NCBI GenBank assembly: GCA_049325595.1 | Contig: JBMOLF010000023.1 | Span: forward strand, 1-38,401 | DNA from: Candidatus Babelota bacterium | Lineage (GTDB): Bacteria; Babelota; Babeliae; Babelales; Vermiphilaceae | Length of the DNA: 38,401 nt | Direction: 5' to 3' | Part shown: piece after piece, positions 9,681 through 19,498 of the stretch | Layout of the letters: every line of letters begins with the position of its first letter | How positions within the stretch are numbered: the first letter of the stretch is position 1 | The notes under the pieces: generated by a model | Told to the model about the DNA's origin: nothing | Seen by the model: the letters and a program-made list of their open reading frames with translations, nothing else | Databases searched by the model: none | Translations under genes and position numbers: made by a program

Positions 9681-9812
9681 TTAGCCCTTTTACTGATAGA
9701 GTGTTTGTTCTACCTTATCTTTTGAGCTTCTTCTCTACTCCTTTTTTCTCCAATTTTTACGTTATAAGCTTGAAAAGCCTTCTTGTTACAGAAGGCTTTT
9801 CATATGTTTTAA

Positions 9813-11204
9813 TTAGCAAACAACTTTATCTTGATCAACAGCTTTTTGATAGGTTTTGCCAAGATAGAGGGCAACAACTAACCATGCAGCTAGTAATCCA
9901 AAAGAAAGATAGGTCCCAATTGCGATGAGGTAAGAAATACCTTGCACCTCACCAAATGATCTAGTAAATGGCTTATCAAGTAAGTTAAACGCAGACCCAG
10001 TCGCTTTAGAGCTACGTGAACCAAAGGTTTCAATCCATGCTTGTGATTTATATTTCACATCATGACTGGTTGGAACATACAATTGTTTTAATGCAGGCCC
10101 ATTCAATGCATAGTTTACTGCTTTAGCAAACACCATGATCCAGAACAAGGTTTGTACTTGTGGGAACATATAGAAGCTAAGTACCATAGCAGCAACGATA
10201 AACGGCATAAGCACCAAGGATGCCTTAATACCAAGACGACGTTGAATGTTACTAATACCAAAGAACAAGCAGAAGAAAGAAACTACGTTTACCCATACGG
10301 CATAATCACCTAAGTAAGCTGAACGCTCAACTTCGGTTGCTAAGGTTGAAGTAACCATGAATTTAAAGCGGTAATCAATAATGGTTACAATAATTTCATA
10401 AATAGAAATTACACCAAAAATACCAAGCAAGTATGGCTGGCTTAACATAAGCTTTAAGCCTTCCAAGAAACCAGGCTCTTCATCCTTATGGCCTGCAGCT
10501 TTTGCTTGTTGGCCATATCCTTGAAGTTGATCTTTAGGAGTAGTAGCCATGAAGTAATAAACAGCTCCCATCATAAGTAAGATTAACGCACCGCAAATTA
10601 ACACCGTAGGTCCACTGTTACCAAAAACATTTTTACCAAGTGGGGTTAAGAATTTAGGCCCAAAAATAGCGCCTAATTGTCCAAGCATAACTACAAATGG
10701 GAATCCACGCTTAGCGGCATCAGGAGACACCATGTCAGCTGCAAATGCCCAGAAGAGCGCTACAACGATTGAACCGTAGCTTTCTACAAACACATACCAA
10801 ACCCAAGGCAAGATACGGAATGGATCTTCAACTACATTACACAAACCAATGGTTGGGTGTAAGAAGAGGGAACCAATAATCAATGTTCCAAGGAAATAAA
10901 TACCACCAATAATGTAGAACAAGCGATGACGGGCAACTTTGTCAACAAGCTTGCTATATAAAATAACTATTGGGAATAAGGTGAAAAGAGAAACCCATTT
11001 TGCAATAGGCTGATTTGTTTTTCCGCAAAGAGATAAGAAGATACTATCTTTGAGTGGGCGAAGAGTCCAATATACTCCAATAACGAGCGCAAAAATTACG
11101 CCAAGTTTTAAAAACTTTTTAAATTCTTCCTTACTGAAGTCTCCAAACCATTTTTTTAGAAACCCAATAAAACCGCGTTTTATACTACCAGCTTGTGTTG
11201 ACAT
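9813..11204 (-). CDS. NTT/TLC family nucleotide (ATP/ADP-type) transporter, paralog
   Basis: RPLKDS, FWAFA, LYVP....KYKSQAWIETFGSRSSKA motifs. Start moved to the ATG at 11204 (MSTQAG) because of the AAGGGA RBS and promoter position. Confidence 0.88.
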   Translation of the reverse strand: MSTQAGSIKRGFIGFLKKWFGDFSKEEFKKFLKLGVIFALVIGVYWTLRPLKDSIFLSLCGKTNQPIAKWVSLFTLFPIVILYSKLVDKVARHRLFYIIGGIYFLGTLIIGSLFLHPTIGLCNVVEDPFRILPWVWYVFVESYGSIVVALFWAFAADMVSPDAAKRGFPFVVMLGQLGAIFGPKFLTPLGKNVFGNSGPTVLICGALILLMMGAVYYFMATTPKDQLQGYGQQAKAAGHKDEEPGFLEGLKLMLSQPYLLGIFGVISIYEIIVTIIDYRFKFMVTSTLATEVERSAYLGDYAVWVNVVSFFCLFFGISNIQRRLGIKASLVLMPFIVAAMVLSFYMFPQVQTLFWIMVFAKAVNYALNGPALKQLYVPTSHDVKYKSQAWIETFGSRSSKATGSAFNLLDKPFTRSFGEVQGISYLIAIGTYLSFGLLAAWLVVALYLGKTYQKAVDQDKVVC

Positions 11205-11266
11205 AGTAATTATCCCTTTAGAAACAAAAGAAATTAATAATTGTTGTACAACGTAATTTACTAAAA

Positions 11267-11295
11267 ATTTTATCAGAACAAATAGAACTTGTAAA
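11267..11295 (-). promoter_or_regulatory. Sigma70-type promoter of the NTT genes
   Basis: TTTACA-17 nt-TAAAAT with an extended -10 TG. Confidence 0.55.
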
Positions 11296-11399
11296 AACAA
11301 AATTAAAAAAAATAGCCTACTCGAATAAACACACTCCTTTAATTTTTCAGACTGTCAATTTAATCATGAATTTTAATACTAATTTACTTTAATCTTTAT

Positions 11400-11426
11400 T
11401 TAGCATGCTAGACACACACGTGCTAA
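11400..11426. promoter_or_regulatory. CIRCE-like (HrcA) operator upstream of lon
   Basis: TTAGCATGC-N9-ACGTGCTAA versus consensus TTAGCACTC-N9-GAGTGCTAA: 7/9 in each arm, exact spacing. Confidence 0.65.
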
Positions 11427-11436
11427 GTATATCACC

Positions 11437-11465
11437 TTGTCAAAAAGTTCAAAAAAACCTATATT
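11437..11465 (+). promoter_or_regulatory. Sigma70-type promoter of lon
   Basis: TTGTCA-17 nt-TATATT. Confidence 0.6.
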
Positions 11466-11499
11466 TATATAAGATAAAAACATCTAACTATGGAATTCT

Positions 11500-13947
11500 A
11501 TGTCTGAAACAGAAATCGTTGCAACAAGCAATTCAACTCAGCATACATTGCCGCTTCTTCCTCTCAAAAATGTAGTAATTTTGCCCAAAAGCATTATTCC
11601 TATTATTGTAGGAAGACAGTCCTCAATACAAGCAGTTGAATATGCCCTAAAACATAATCAAACCCTTTTTATTTCGGCACAGAAAGATTCTCGTACCGAA
11701 AACCCTACCGCAGATGACGTGTTTACCTATGGCACGCGTTCGTCTATTTTGCAAGTAATGCGTATGCCTAACGGCTCTTTAAAGCTTCTGGCTGAAGGGA
11801 TATGTCGAGCTCATATGACCAGCTCGCGACAAGCTGATGGTTTTATAGAAGTAGAATGTGAAGATTTGCAAACTACCAGCATTGAACAAACAATTGAGCT
11901 TGAAGCGATTTGGCGTCAATTAAAAACACTTTATGGTACCTATGCACAATTAAAAGAAAATGTTCCTGCCGATTTAGTAACTATGGTTAAAACGGCCCAA
12001 GACATGGATTACATTTCTGATACTATTGCCGTGCAAATTCGCAATCTATCATTTAATGATCGCCAAAAGCTCTTAGAAACCGTTGATCTGCAAGAACGCA
12101 TGATCCTGCTCTGTGGCTTCTTAACTAAAGAAATAGAAATTTTAGAAACCGAACAACGCATTCGTGGCAGAATTCAAACGCAGGTTGAAAAAAGTCAAAA
12201 AGAATATTATTTAACCGAACAGATGAAAGCGATTCAAAAAGAATTAGGTCGCGAAGATCAATCGGTTGAAATTGCACAAATTAGAAGCAAAGTTAAAACT
12301 CTTGGTCTTACCAAAGAAGCTACTGAAAAAGTAGAAAAGGAATTGCGCCGCCTTGAGCAAATGCCACCTTTATCATCCGAAGCAGTTGTTAGCCGTAATT
12401 ATGTTGATTGGATTATTTCTTTACCTTGGAAAAAGATCAGTAAAGATGCTATCAGCTTAAGCCATGCAGAAGAAATATTAAATCAACATCATGCAGGGTT
12501 GCATAAGGCAAAAGAACGCATTATTGAATTCTTAGCTGCAAAAAAATTCTCAAAAACCCTCAGTCGTTCACCTATTATCTGCCTGGTTGGTCCTCCAGGA
12601 GTAGGTAAAACATCACTGGCAAGCTCTATTGCAAAAAGTCTTGGTCGTGAATTTGTCCGTATTTCATTAGGTGGTGTCAAAGACGAGGCAGAAATACGTG
12701 GCCACCGTCGTACCTATATTGGTGCAATGCCAGGTAAAATTGTACAGGCAATGAAAAAGGCAAAAACTATTAATCCGGTAATTTTGCTTGATGAAATTGA
12801 CAAAATGGGCCGCGATTTACATGGTGACCCAGCAGCTGCATTACTTGAAGTGCTTGACCCAGAACAAAACAAAACATTTGTAGATCACTACCTTGATGTA
12901 GAATATGATCTTTCTAAAGTAATGTTTATTGCTACTGCCAATATGCTTGAAGGCATTCCATATCCTTTATTTGATCGTATGGAAATTATTGGACTTTCAG
13001 GTTATACCGAAGATGAAAAAGTTGCCATCGCTCAAGAGTTTTTAATCCCAAAGAGCTTAGCTGAGTATGGATTAAATGGCACTCAATTTAAAATTTCAGG
13101 CAATGAATTACGTGTCATAATTAATGAATACACTAAAGAAGCTGGTGTTCGCCAACTTGAGCGTACTATTGCAAAGCTTATGCGTAAAGCAATACAGGTA
13201 TTGCTCAAAGACAAAAACACTACTTCAATCACGATAACTGATAAACTTATTAAAGAATGGCTCGGTAATCCTAAGTTTAAAAAAACCAGCTTAAGTCTTA
13301 AAAAAGAACGCATTGGTTTAGCAACTGGTCTTGCCTGGACAGAAGTTGGTGGGGATGTTCTTGAAATTGAAACAACAGTGCTTAATGGTAAAGGTGGCTT
13401 AACTCTTACCGGTCAGCTTGGTGATGTAATGCAAGAATCAGCACATGCCGCTTTGAGTTATATTAGGTCCCGTGCTGCAGAATTAGGACTAAAAAGTTCG
13501 TTTTATACCACTAAAGATATTCATATTCATATTCCTGAAGGCGCAACCCCTAAAGATGGCCCTTCAGCGGGTATTACTATTTGTACAGCAGTAATTTCAG
13601 CTTTAACCGGTAAACCTATTATTAACGACCTTGCAATGACGGGTGAAATTACCCTACAAGGTCGCGTACTGGGTGTTGGTGGTCTTAAGGAAAAGCTTTT
13701 AGCAGCAAAACAGCATAATATTAAAACTGTTATTTTACCTCAAGAAAATTTGGATGAAATTCAAGAAGTTCTTAAGGAAGTTAACTTAACAGACCTTAAA
13801 TTAGTATATGCATCTAATATGGATGAAGTTTTAGCTACCGCATTTCCTGAACCGATTTTGAAAAAAGAATCTGAAACGGTAGTTAAAAAAGAATCAAAAA
13901 AGAAAAAGCCTGCTACTAAAAATAATAATCGAAAGAAACCTGCATAA
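11500..13947 (+). CDS. lon: ATP-dependent protease La (Lon)
   Basis: LON N-domain, [21 protein letters not shown], catalytic PKDGPSAG and GGLKEK. Confidence 0.98.
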   Translation: MSETEIVATSNSTQHTLPLLPLKNVVILPKSIIPIIVGRQSSIQAVEYALKHNQTLFISAQKDSRTENPTADDVFTYGTRSSILQVMRMPNGSLKLLAEGICRAHMTSSRQADGFIEVECEDLQTTSIEQTIELEAIWRQLKTLYGTYAQLKENVPADLVTMVKTAQDMDYISDTIAVQIRNLSFNDRQKLLETVDLQERMILLCGFLTKEIEILETEQRIRGRIQTQVEKSQKEYYLTEQMKAIQKELGREDQSVEIAQIRSKVKTLGLTKEATEKVEKELRRLEQMPPLSSEAVVSRNYVDWIISLPWKKISKDAISLSHAEEILNQHHAGLHKAKERIIEFLAAKKFSKTLSRSPIICLVGPPGVGKTSLASSIAKSLGREFVRISLGGVKDEAEIRGHRRTYIGAMPGKIVQAMKKAKTINPVILLDEIDKMGRDLHGDPAAALLEVLDPEQNKTFVDHYLDVEYDLSKVMFIATANMLEGIPYPLFDRMEIIGLSGYTEDEKVAIAQEFLIPKSLAEYGLNGTQFKISGNELRVIINEYTKEAGVRQLERTIAKLMRKAIQVLLKDKNTTSITITDKLIKEWLGNPKFKKTSLSLKKERIGLATGLAWTEVGGDVLEIETTVLNGKGGLTLTGQLGDVMQESAHAALSYIRSRAAELGLKSSFYTTKDIHIHIPEGATPKDGPSAGITICTAVISALTGKPIINDLAMTGEITLQGRVLGVGGLKEKLLAAKQHNIKTVILPQENLDEIQEVLKEVNLTDLKLVYASNMDEVLATAFPEPILKKESETVVKKESKKKKPATKNNNRKKPA

Positions 13948-14010
13948 TTATAAACATCTCTTCTTTGCTTCAGATTGCATTTAACAATAAAAAAATTGTT
14001 TTAAAAAATA

Positions 14011-14040
14011 TTGCAAACTGAAATGCTGTTTGGTTATAGT
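14011..14040 (+). promoter_or_regulatory. Putative sigma70-type promoter of the Cys-rich protein gene and hairpin array
   Basis: TTGCAA-18 nt-TATAGT; AAGGAG RBS before the ATG at 14088. Confidence 0.5.
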
Positions 14041-14087
14041 GATTATTAGAAATGTAATTATTATTAACCAACCAAAAAGGAGAAGAG

Positions 14088-14396
14088 ATGAAGAATCTTC
14101 TTAAATTAGCAGTATTTGCTGTAGTAGCTTTTGCTATGGCACAAGTTGAAGCACGATGTCCGGGCAGATGTCCAGTTAAAAGAGAATGCCCAACCAAATG
14201 TGCTGCGCAAACTTGCAAAGTTCCTAAATTAGCACCGGTAAACTTCCAATGTACTCATACCAAATGTGTACCTGGTAAATATCGTTTAGTTTGCCGTATT
14301 GAAAGAGAAGAACCACAACAAGTTTCATATACAACCGAAGAATGCATCGGTTACCAATATGAAGGTTGCTTCATGGAAGGTGAATACGCTGAGTAA
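14088..14396 (+). CDS. Small secreted cysteine-rich protein
   Basis: Sec signal MKNLLKLAVFAVVAFAMAQVEA; 10 Cys in about 80 mature residues; strong RBS. Confidence 0.85.
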   Translation: MKNLLKLAVFAVVAFAMAQVEARCPGRCPVKRECPTKCAAQTCKVPKLAPVNFQCTHTKCVPGKYRLVCRIEREEPQQVSYTTEECIGYQYEGCFMEGEYAE

Positions 14397-14416
14397 TCTC
14401 ACGTATTACCAAAAAA

Positions 14417-14658
14417 TTGGTAAGGCTTAGTTTGGCATCTTGATGTCCTCATTATGTAGGCGATAAAGATGAAAGGCTTGCCTTACCGAAAAAAGTGGTA
14501 AGACTAGGTTTTTTGAGCGATGATGGAGTTTCTAACGAAGCGTCTCATTTTTAAAGCTTGGTCTTACCCGCAAAAAGTTGGTAAGGTTTTCTTTAGGCTC
14601 ATCTGACTCATGATCTGATGAAGATCAGAAACAAGATGAAAACAAGTTAACCTTACCG
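14417..14658 (+). ncRNA. Array of three tandem ~75-80 nt hairpins with a conserved GGTAAG/CTTACC basal stem (unknown RNA)
   Basis: Units 14417-14489, 14495-14571 and 14579-14658. Stem covariation GGTAAGGC/GCCTTACC, GGTAAGAC/GTCTTACC, GGTAAGGTT/AACCTTACC. A-run linkers. G-U pairs work only on the + strand. A T-run follows unit 3. Confidence 0.7.
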
Positions 14659-14802
14659 TTTTTATTTATTTATTTTTCTTATCTTTTTTTATTTCTCTTT
14701 TTTTTAATCACTCAACATTAATAAAACTTGCCTACTACTCAAAAAAATTATTATGGTGTAAGGTGCTATACTTTAGTACAACCCTCTTTTTAAGGAGAAA
14801 AG

Positions 14803-15291
14803 ATGAAACAATCATCTTTGAAAAAAGGCATGTTAGCCCTTACTCTTGGTTTAATTGCATTAGTACCAGCTTGTAGAAGAAGATGCTACGACTGCCCACC
14901 AAAATGTGAAGAACAATGCTATGAAGAAGAAACATGCTACGACAACAACACCCACTATACTGGTGAAAATGCCGTAGTTGAAGAGCATGGCTATAGTCAT
15001 AAAGAATATATCGAACCAGTTGAAGAAGATGATGCGGTAGTATATAACTCTCGCGCTAAAAAAGTACGTAAAGTAAACAAACGTTACAACAATAAGCGTT
15101 ATAATAACAACAAAAAATATGCGACCGAAGAAATCGTAGAAGAGCAAGTTGTTGGCAATAACGATGCTGATTTCGTAGAGGTTGAAGAAATGGATGTTCA
15201 ATATCCACAACAAGCTGCTCAACCTGCTGGTAAGCCTGTATTACCTGAAGCACCAGATACTCTTGATAAAGTTCTTCAATTTGAAGAATAA
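14803..15291 (+). CDS. Lipoprotein with a Cys-rich N-terminus and a charged low-complexity tail
   Basis: Lipobox-like LVPA-C followed by RRRCYDCPPKCEEQC...C; AAGGAG RBS. Confidence 0.8.
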   Translation: MKQSSLKKGMLALTLGLIALVPACRRRCYDCPPKCEEQCYEEETCYDNNTHYTGENAVVEEHGYSHKEYIEPVEEDDAVVYNSRAKKVRKVNKRYNNKRYNNNKKYATEEIVEEQVVGNNDADFVEVEEMDVQYPQQAAQPAGKPVLPEAPDTLDKVLQFEE

Positions 15292-15311
15292 TTTTTTTAA
15301 AGAAAATTATG

Positions 15312-15340
15312 AGGGATGGTTAAATCCATCCCTTTTTTAT
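15312..15340. terminator. Intrinsic terminator between the lipoprotein gene and cmk
   Basis: agggatgg-ttaaat-ccatccct followed by a T-run. Confidence 0.8.
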
Positions 15341-16008
15341 TATGTAATATGTGCGATAATTTTTTCTACCGTTTGCTCGATAGTTAGGTTTGAATTATCA
15401 ATTACGCAGGCATCTTTTGGACATGCAAGCGGCGAAAATTCTCTCATTTGATCGCGCTTGTCTCGCTCAATAACTTCTACATATGCCTGATCATATGAAT
15501 AATGAATACCTTTATGCGCTTGGTCTTTTTGCCAACGCTTTACACGCACTTCATCTGAAGCAGTTAAGAAAAATTTAAATTCGGCATGAGGAAATACGGT
15601 TGTTCCCATATCTCTACCTTCTGTTACTACATTGTGTGATTGAGCAAGATTACGCATATACTCATCTATTGCTTGTCGCACTCGTTGGTCTTGCGCGCCT
15701 ATTGAGGCATATTGATCAATCAGATTTGTTTTAAGATTGGGCGTAATATCTTGACCCTCATAAAATACCTGCTCATGACCATTTTCATATTTGTATACCA
15801 ATCGTTCAGAATTAATAATTTCTTTAATTTTTTCATCTGAACTATGTAACAATGCATCATGATCATACATACCATGCTTACTTGCAATGTAGGCAAATGC
15901 TCTAAATAATAAACCTGAAGCAAGATAATAAAAATTAATTTTACGAGCCACTTCACGCGCTACGGTTGATTTACCACTCGCACTTGGTCCATCTATGGTG
16001 ATTATCAT
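15340..16008 (-). CDS. cmk: Cytidylate kinase
   Basis: ITIDGPSASGKST, EGRDMGTTVFP.A..KFFLTAS, ERDKRD..R..SPL. Confidence 0.96.
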   Translation of the reverse strand: MIITIDGPSASGKSTVAREVARKINFYYLASGLLFRAFAYIASKHGMYDHDALLHSSDEKIKEIINSERLVYKYENGHEQVFYEGQDITPNLKTNLIDQYASIGAQDQRVRQAIDEYMRNLAQSHNVVTEGRDMGTTVFPHAEFKFFLTASDEVRVKRWQKDQAHKGIHYSYDQAYVEVIERDKRDQMREFSPLACPKDACVIDNSNLTIEQTVEKIIAHIT

Positions 16009-17756
16009 ACAACTCTTTCGGTAAATGCTATATCAATACCCATCAATTCAACTGATGATTTACCATTCCAATGATTTTCGCTCACATTCACTGCCATAGC
16101 AAACGCTCTGCCTTCATAATCAAGTAACTGATGATACAACTCTGGTCGATTAAAGAAAATTACCGGTTTAATTACGCCATCAGCAAATACCAAACACTTA
16201 ACATGGGCATCTTTGAGCAATTGTGGTTTTTGTACCATTACTACATCTTTAATATAAAATGATGGTACTGCATTTTCATTACCAAATGGCTCTAAATGTT
16301 CTAAATCGCTCATTAATTTTTTGGTAATATCAGACATTTTTAATTCAGCATCAATAGTAATTTTAAGCTTAAGATCATCTGCAGTGAGCTTACTTGCAAT
16401 TAACGATTCAAGATTTTCTTTAAGCTTAGGTAAATTTTCAAGCGGCAAACTTAAGCCTGCTGCCATAGGGTGCCCACCAAATTGGGTTAATAACTCAGCT
16501 GATGCTGATAATGCTTCAAACATATTAAAGCCTGTTATTGAACGGCATGAACCTTTTATCATACCATCCGCTGTTTTATGAAACAGCAACGTTGGTCTAC
16601 CATAGGCACCAACCAAGCGCGATGCTACTAATCCTATTACACCAGGTGGCCACTGGTCACTTGATGCCATAATAATATTTTCTTGATCAAGATTTATGGT
16701 TTTACTTTTAATAAGTACATCAACATCATTAAATATTGAACGTTCAATTTCTTTACGAGCTCGATTCAACTCAAACAAAACTGAACCAACATGCTGCACT
16801 TCTTGTACATCGGTGCCAATTAAAAATTTAACACCTTGCCGTGGATCTTCTAATCGACCAAGAGCATTAATTTGTGGCGCAATGCTAAAACCAATATCAG
16901 TAGCCGAGACACGCTCTTTAGTTACTTTGCCATTTTGCTTAAGTACTTTAAATGACAAACTTTGATATGAATTTACATAGCGCAAACCATGCCGCACCCA
17001 AAATCTATTTTCGCCCGTTAACGGTACTACGTCAGCAATCGTACCAAGTAACAAAAGTTCATATGCTTTAGTTGGTAATGGTAATCCTTTTTGTTCATAC
17101 AACAACGATAATACTTTAAACGTAACCCCTACTCCAGCAAGTACTTTAAAAGGATATCCACAATCTATTTGATTAGGATTCACAATAGCATATGCCTCAG
17201 GTACATGCTCATGTGGTTTGTGGTGATCGGTAATAATTAAATCAATACCCAACTCACGCGCTTTTTGCGCAGGTTCAAACGCAGTAATGCCATTATCAAC
17301 CGTAATAATAAGCTTATAATTATTTTCAGCAGCACGTTGTACTATTTTGGTAGAAATACCATAGCCATCACGCACCCGGTGTGGTAAATAAAAATTTACA
17401 TCGGCGCCTAAAGGCTTTAAGCAAATCATCATCAACGACGATGAAGTAATCCCATCAACATCGTAATCACCAAAGATTAATATTTTTTCTTTATGCTCAA
17501 TAGCATGCAATATGCGATCAACAGCTTTTTGAGCATCTTTCATTAATACTGGTGATGCAACATCTTTTTCATATGAACTAAATAAAAATGCTTGGAGCAA
17601 TTCAGGAGTTGTATATCCACGCGAGAGCAATGTTTGCACAATAGGAACTGATAAATTATATTGGCAAGCAAGTGGCAATAATGAATCATAAGAATTTGCA
17701 GAAGGAAGCTTCCACAAATATTTTTCACCCTGAAGCGCGTTCATGTTGTCTTTCAT
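16005..17756 (-). CDS. recJ: Single-stranded-DNA-specific exonuclease RecJ
   Basis: GDYDVDG, TVDNG, TDHH, GTIADVVPL, GSCRS, FGGHPMAAG, LEPFG..N motifs. Confidence 0.97.
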   Translation of the reverse strand: MKDNMNALQGEKYLWKLPSANSYDSLLPLACQYNLSVPIVQTLLSRGYTTPELLQAFLFSSYEKDVASPVLMKDAQKAVDRILHAIEHKEKILIFGDYDVDGITSSSLMMICLKPLGADVNFYLPHRVRDGYGISTKIVQRAAENNYKLIITVDNGITAFEPAQKARELGIDLIITDHHKPHEHVPEAYAIVNPNQIDCGYPFKVLAGVGVTFKVLSLLYEQKGLPLPTKAYELLLLGTIADVVPLTGENRFWVRHGLRYVNSYQSLSFKVLKQNGKVTKERVSATDIGFSIAPQINALGRLEDPRQGVKFLIGTDVQEVQHVGSVLFELNRARKEIERSIFNDVDVLIKSKTINLDQENIIMASSDQWPPGVIGLVASRLVGAYGRPTLLFHKTADGMIKGSCRSITGFNMFEALSASAELLTQFGGHPMAAGLSLPLENLPKLKENLESLIASKLTADDLKLKITIDAELKMSDITKKLMSDLEHLEPFGNENAVPSFYIKDVVMVQKPQLLKDAHVKCLVFADGVIKPVIFFNRPELYHQLLDYEGRAFAMAVNVSENHWNGKSSVELMGIDIAFTERVV

Positions 17757-17854
17757 CTGAGATTAGCTTTTTGATATTAAACTAACATATCGTAAATTAG
17801 CTCAAATGAGAAGATATAACACAAACGATCACGGCTTGTATTTTTTGTGCGCTT

Positions 17855-18385
17855 TTAGCCCTGCTGCAAATAACGTAGCATCTCTTGATCGCGCTGAATT
17901 CGCTCATTTAGCCGTTTGGTATAAGTACAAAGATTTTTTAAGAATAATCCTAAAAATATTGAGTTAATACCTATTGGTATAGACAAGAGCACGTGCAGCA
18001 AATTTCGATCACCTTCTGATGTAATGTCTTTTTTGTAGCGATATTCAACCAATGCGCTCAAGCTCAAAAAAATAGCTAAAATTCCTGTTAAATATTTTAC
18101 ACCCCTATAGCATTTTGATTGTTGCCACGGGCATGACAACAATATTTTCTTTTTAAGACCTATCAAATGCTCTTTAACTAAATCGGTGTAAAATTCGCGA
18201 TCAAATTGAATACGCTTTAATTTATAAAATGACGGGCTTTTTTTGTATTGTTCAGACAACCATTTAATGGTTGTCTGGTCTTCAAATACAAGTTTAACGC
18301 GTTTATCAAAATAACTACTTTCATAAGCACATAAAAAATTAATACCACACAAAAAGAATACCGTTAACTGCAAGCAAAATTTCAT
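17855..18385 (-). CDS. Hypothetical signal-peptide + 2-TM protein, paralog 3
   Basis: Shares KWL..QY....F..L......Y...V..H and Y.KRL..RI.R...L..LQ with the two upstream genes. Start moved to MKFCLQ (18385). Confidence 0.75.
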   Translation of the reverse strand: MKFCLQLTVFFLCGINFLCAYESSYFDKRVKLVFEDQTTIKWLSEQYKKSPSFYKLKRIQFDREFYTDLVKEHLIGLKKKILLSCPWQQSKCYRGVKYLTGILAIFLSLSALVEYRYKKDITSEGDRNLLHVLLSIPIGINSIFLGLFLKNLCTYTKRLNERIQRDQEMLRYLQQG

Positions 18386-18402
18386 GGATATCTCCGACAC
18401 TG

Positions 18403-18942
18403 TTATTGTGATTGTTGCAAACAATTAAGCATATCAGTATCACGAGCAATACGATAATCAAGACGTTTTGAATAAGTAAACCATTTTTTTAAATTAGGAG
18501 CTGCCAATAGCGCTATGAGTATATTTATTACAGAACAATACCCATGTCCATTAGCACGATCATACGAATCTAAAAATTTTTTCCTGTAACCGACCTCAAT
18601 TAACGCCTGAATCCCTAAAATAATACTTGTTAAAATTCCAGCATTCTTTGTAACTCGCCAGCATTCAGAATAAGCCCATGGCTTAGCTGCATCTTTCTTT
18701 CTTTTAAGATAATTTAAATGATCTTGCACTAATGCAATATAATAATTTCTATCTTTAGCAACTTTCTTTAACTGAGTAAATTGACGTGTTCGGTAATACT
18801 GGTGCGTCAACCATTTTAGCGATGTTTTTTCCAGAGGAGCAATATAATGAGTTGTATGCCAATATACAAAATTATTTGTTGCCGATAAATTAAAGCTTAA
18901 AAAAGTTATAAATGCAAATAATTGAAGTTTTTTAGAAATCAT
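18403..18942 (-). CDS. Hypothetical signal-peptide + 2-TM protein, paralog 2
   Basis: SLKWLTHQYYR...YYIALVQDHL...YSKRLDYRIARD; hydrophobic hairpin. Confidence 0.8.
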   Translation of the reverse strand: MISKKLQLFAFITFLSFNLSATNNFVYWHTTHYIAPLEKTSLKWLTHQYYRTRQFTQLKKVAKDRNYYIALVQDHLNYLKRKKDAAKPWAYSECWRVTKNAGILTSIILGIQALIEVGYRKKFLDSYDRANGHGYCSVINILIALLAAPNLKKWFTYSKRLDYRIARDTDMLNCLQQSQ

Positions 18943-18970
18943 AGTTTCCTTATTAATGTATAGCTAAAAT

Positions 18971-19498
18971 TTAAATGTGTATTTCATGTTGCAAACATGA
19001 AAGTATATCTACATATCGATTAATTCTTTTATTAAGACGCTTATTATAGGTTGCTAATTTTATTGTTGTATGTATATAAAAAGGAAGACTAAGAAATCCT
19101 ATAATTTTAGCAAGCGTATAAGTACTCGCATCAATTTTTTTACTTATTAGAACAGTTAATGCATTAAATAAAGTTAAAACAAATAATCGTTTGCTACTTC
19201 CCGATGACAAAATTCCATTTGTTTTCATGTTTTTATTTTTTAAATAATCGATATGTTCCTGCACCATATCACTATAAAAATCTTTATTTAATTGAACTTG
19301 TTGTAGTTTATAAAAAGACCTTGTTTTCGTATATTGTTTACACAACCATTTAAGTGATAGTTGGTCTTCTGAAATAATTTTAACATTGCTATAATACACA
19401 GCGGTTCCTATAGCATTAATGTTACCCGTCAATAATAAACTAATAGATAAATATTTTAACAAAGAATCGAACAGATATAACATAAGTTGCCTTACCAT
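18971..19498 (-). CDS. Hypothetical signal-peptide + 2-TM protein, paralog 1
   Basis: SLKWLCKQYTK...FYSDMVQEHI...YNKRLNKRINR; overlaps the AAA gene stop; start uncertain. Confidence 0.75.
   Translation of the reverse strand: MVRQLMLYLFDSLLKYLSISLLLTGNINAIGTAVYYSNVKIISEDQLSLKWLCKQYTKTRSFYKLQQVQLNKDFYSDMVQEHIDYLKNKNMKTNGILSSGSSKRLFVLTLFNALTVLISKKIDASTYTLAKIIGFLSLPFYIHTTIKLATYNKRLNKRINRYVDILSCLQHEIHI

Noticed and set aside
14406..14585. CRISPR-like reading of the hairpin array, with palindromic junctions TTACC-A5/6-TGGTAAG as repeats
   Set aside because: Junctions are degenerate and short, the spacers are themselves self-complementary and related, covariation favours pairing across each unit, and no cas genes are present.
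14610..14635. Hammerhead-like CTGATGA...GAAAC in unit 3
   Set aside because: No stem II fits between the motifs, the CTGATGA lies within a tgatct/agatca hairpin, and it is not conserved in units 1-2.
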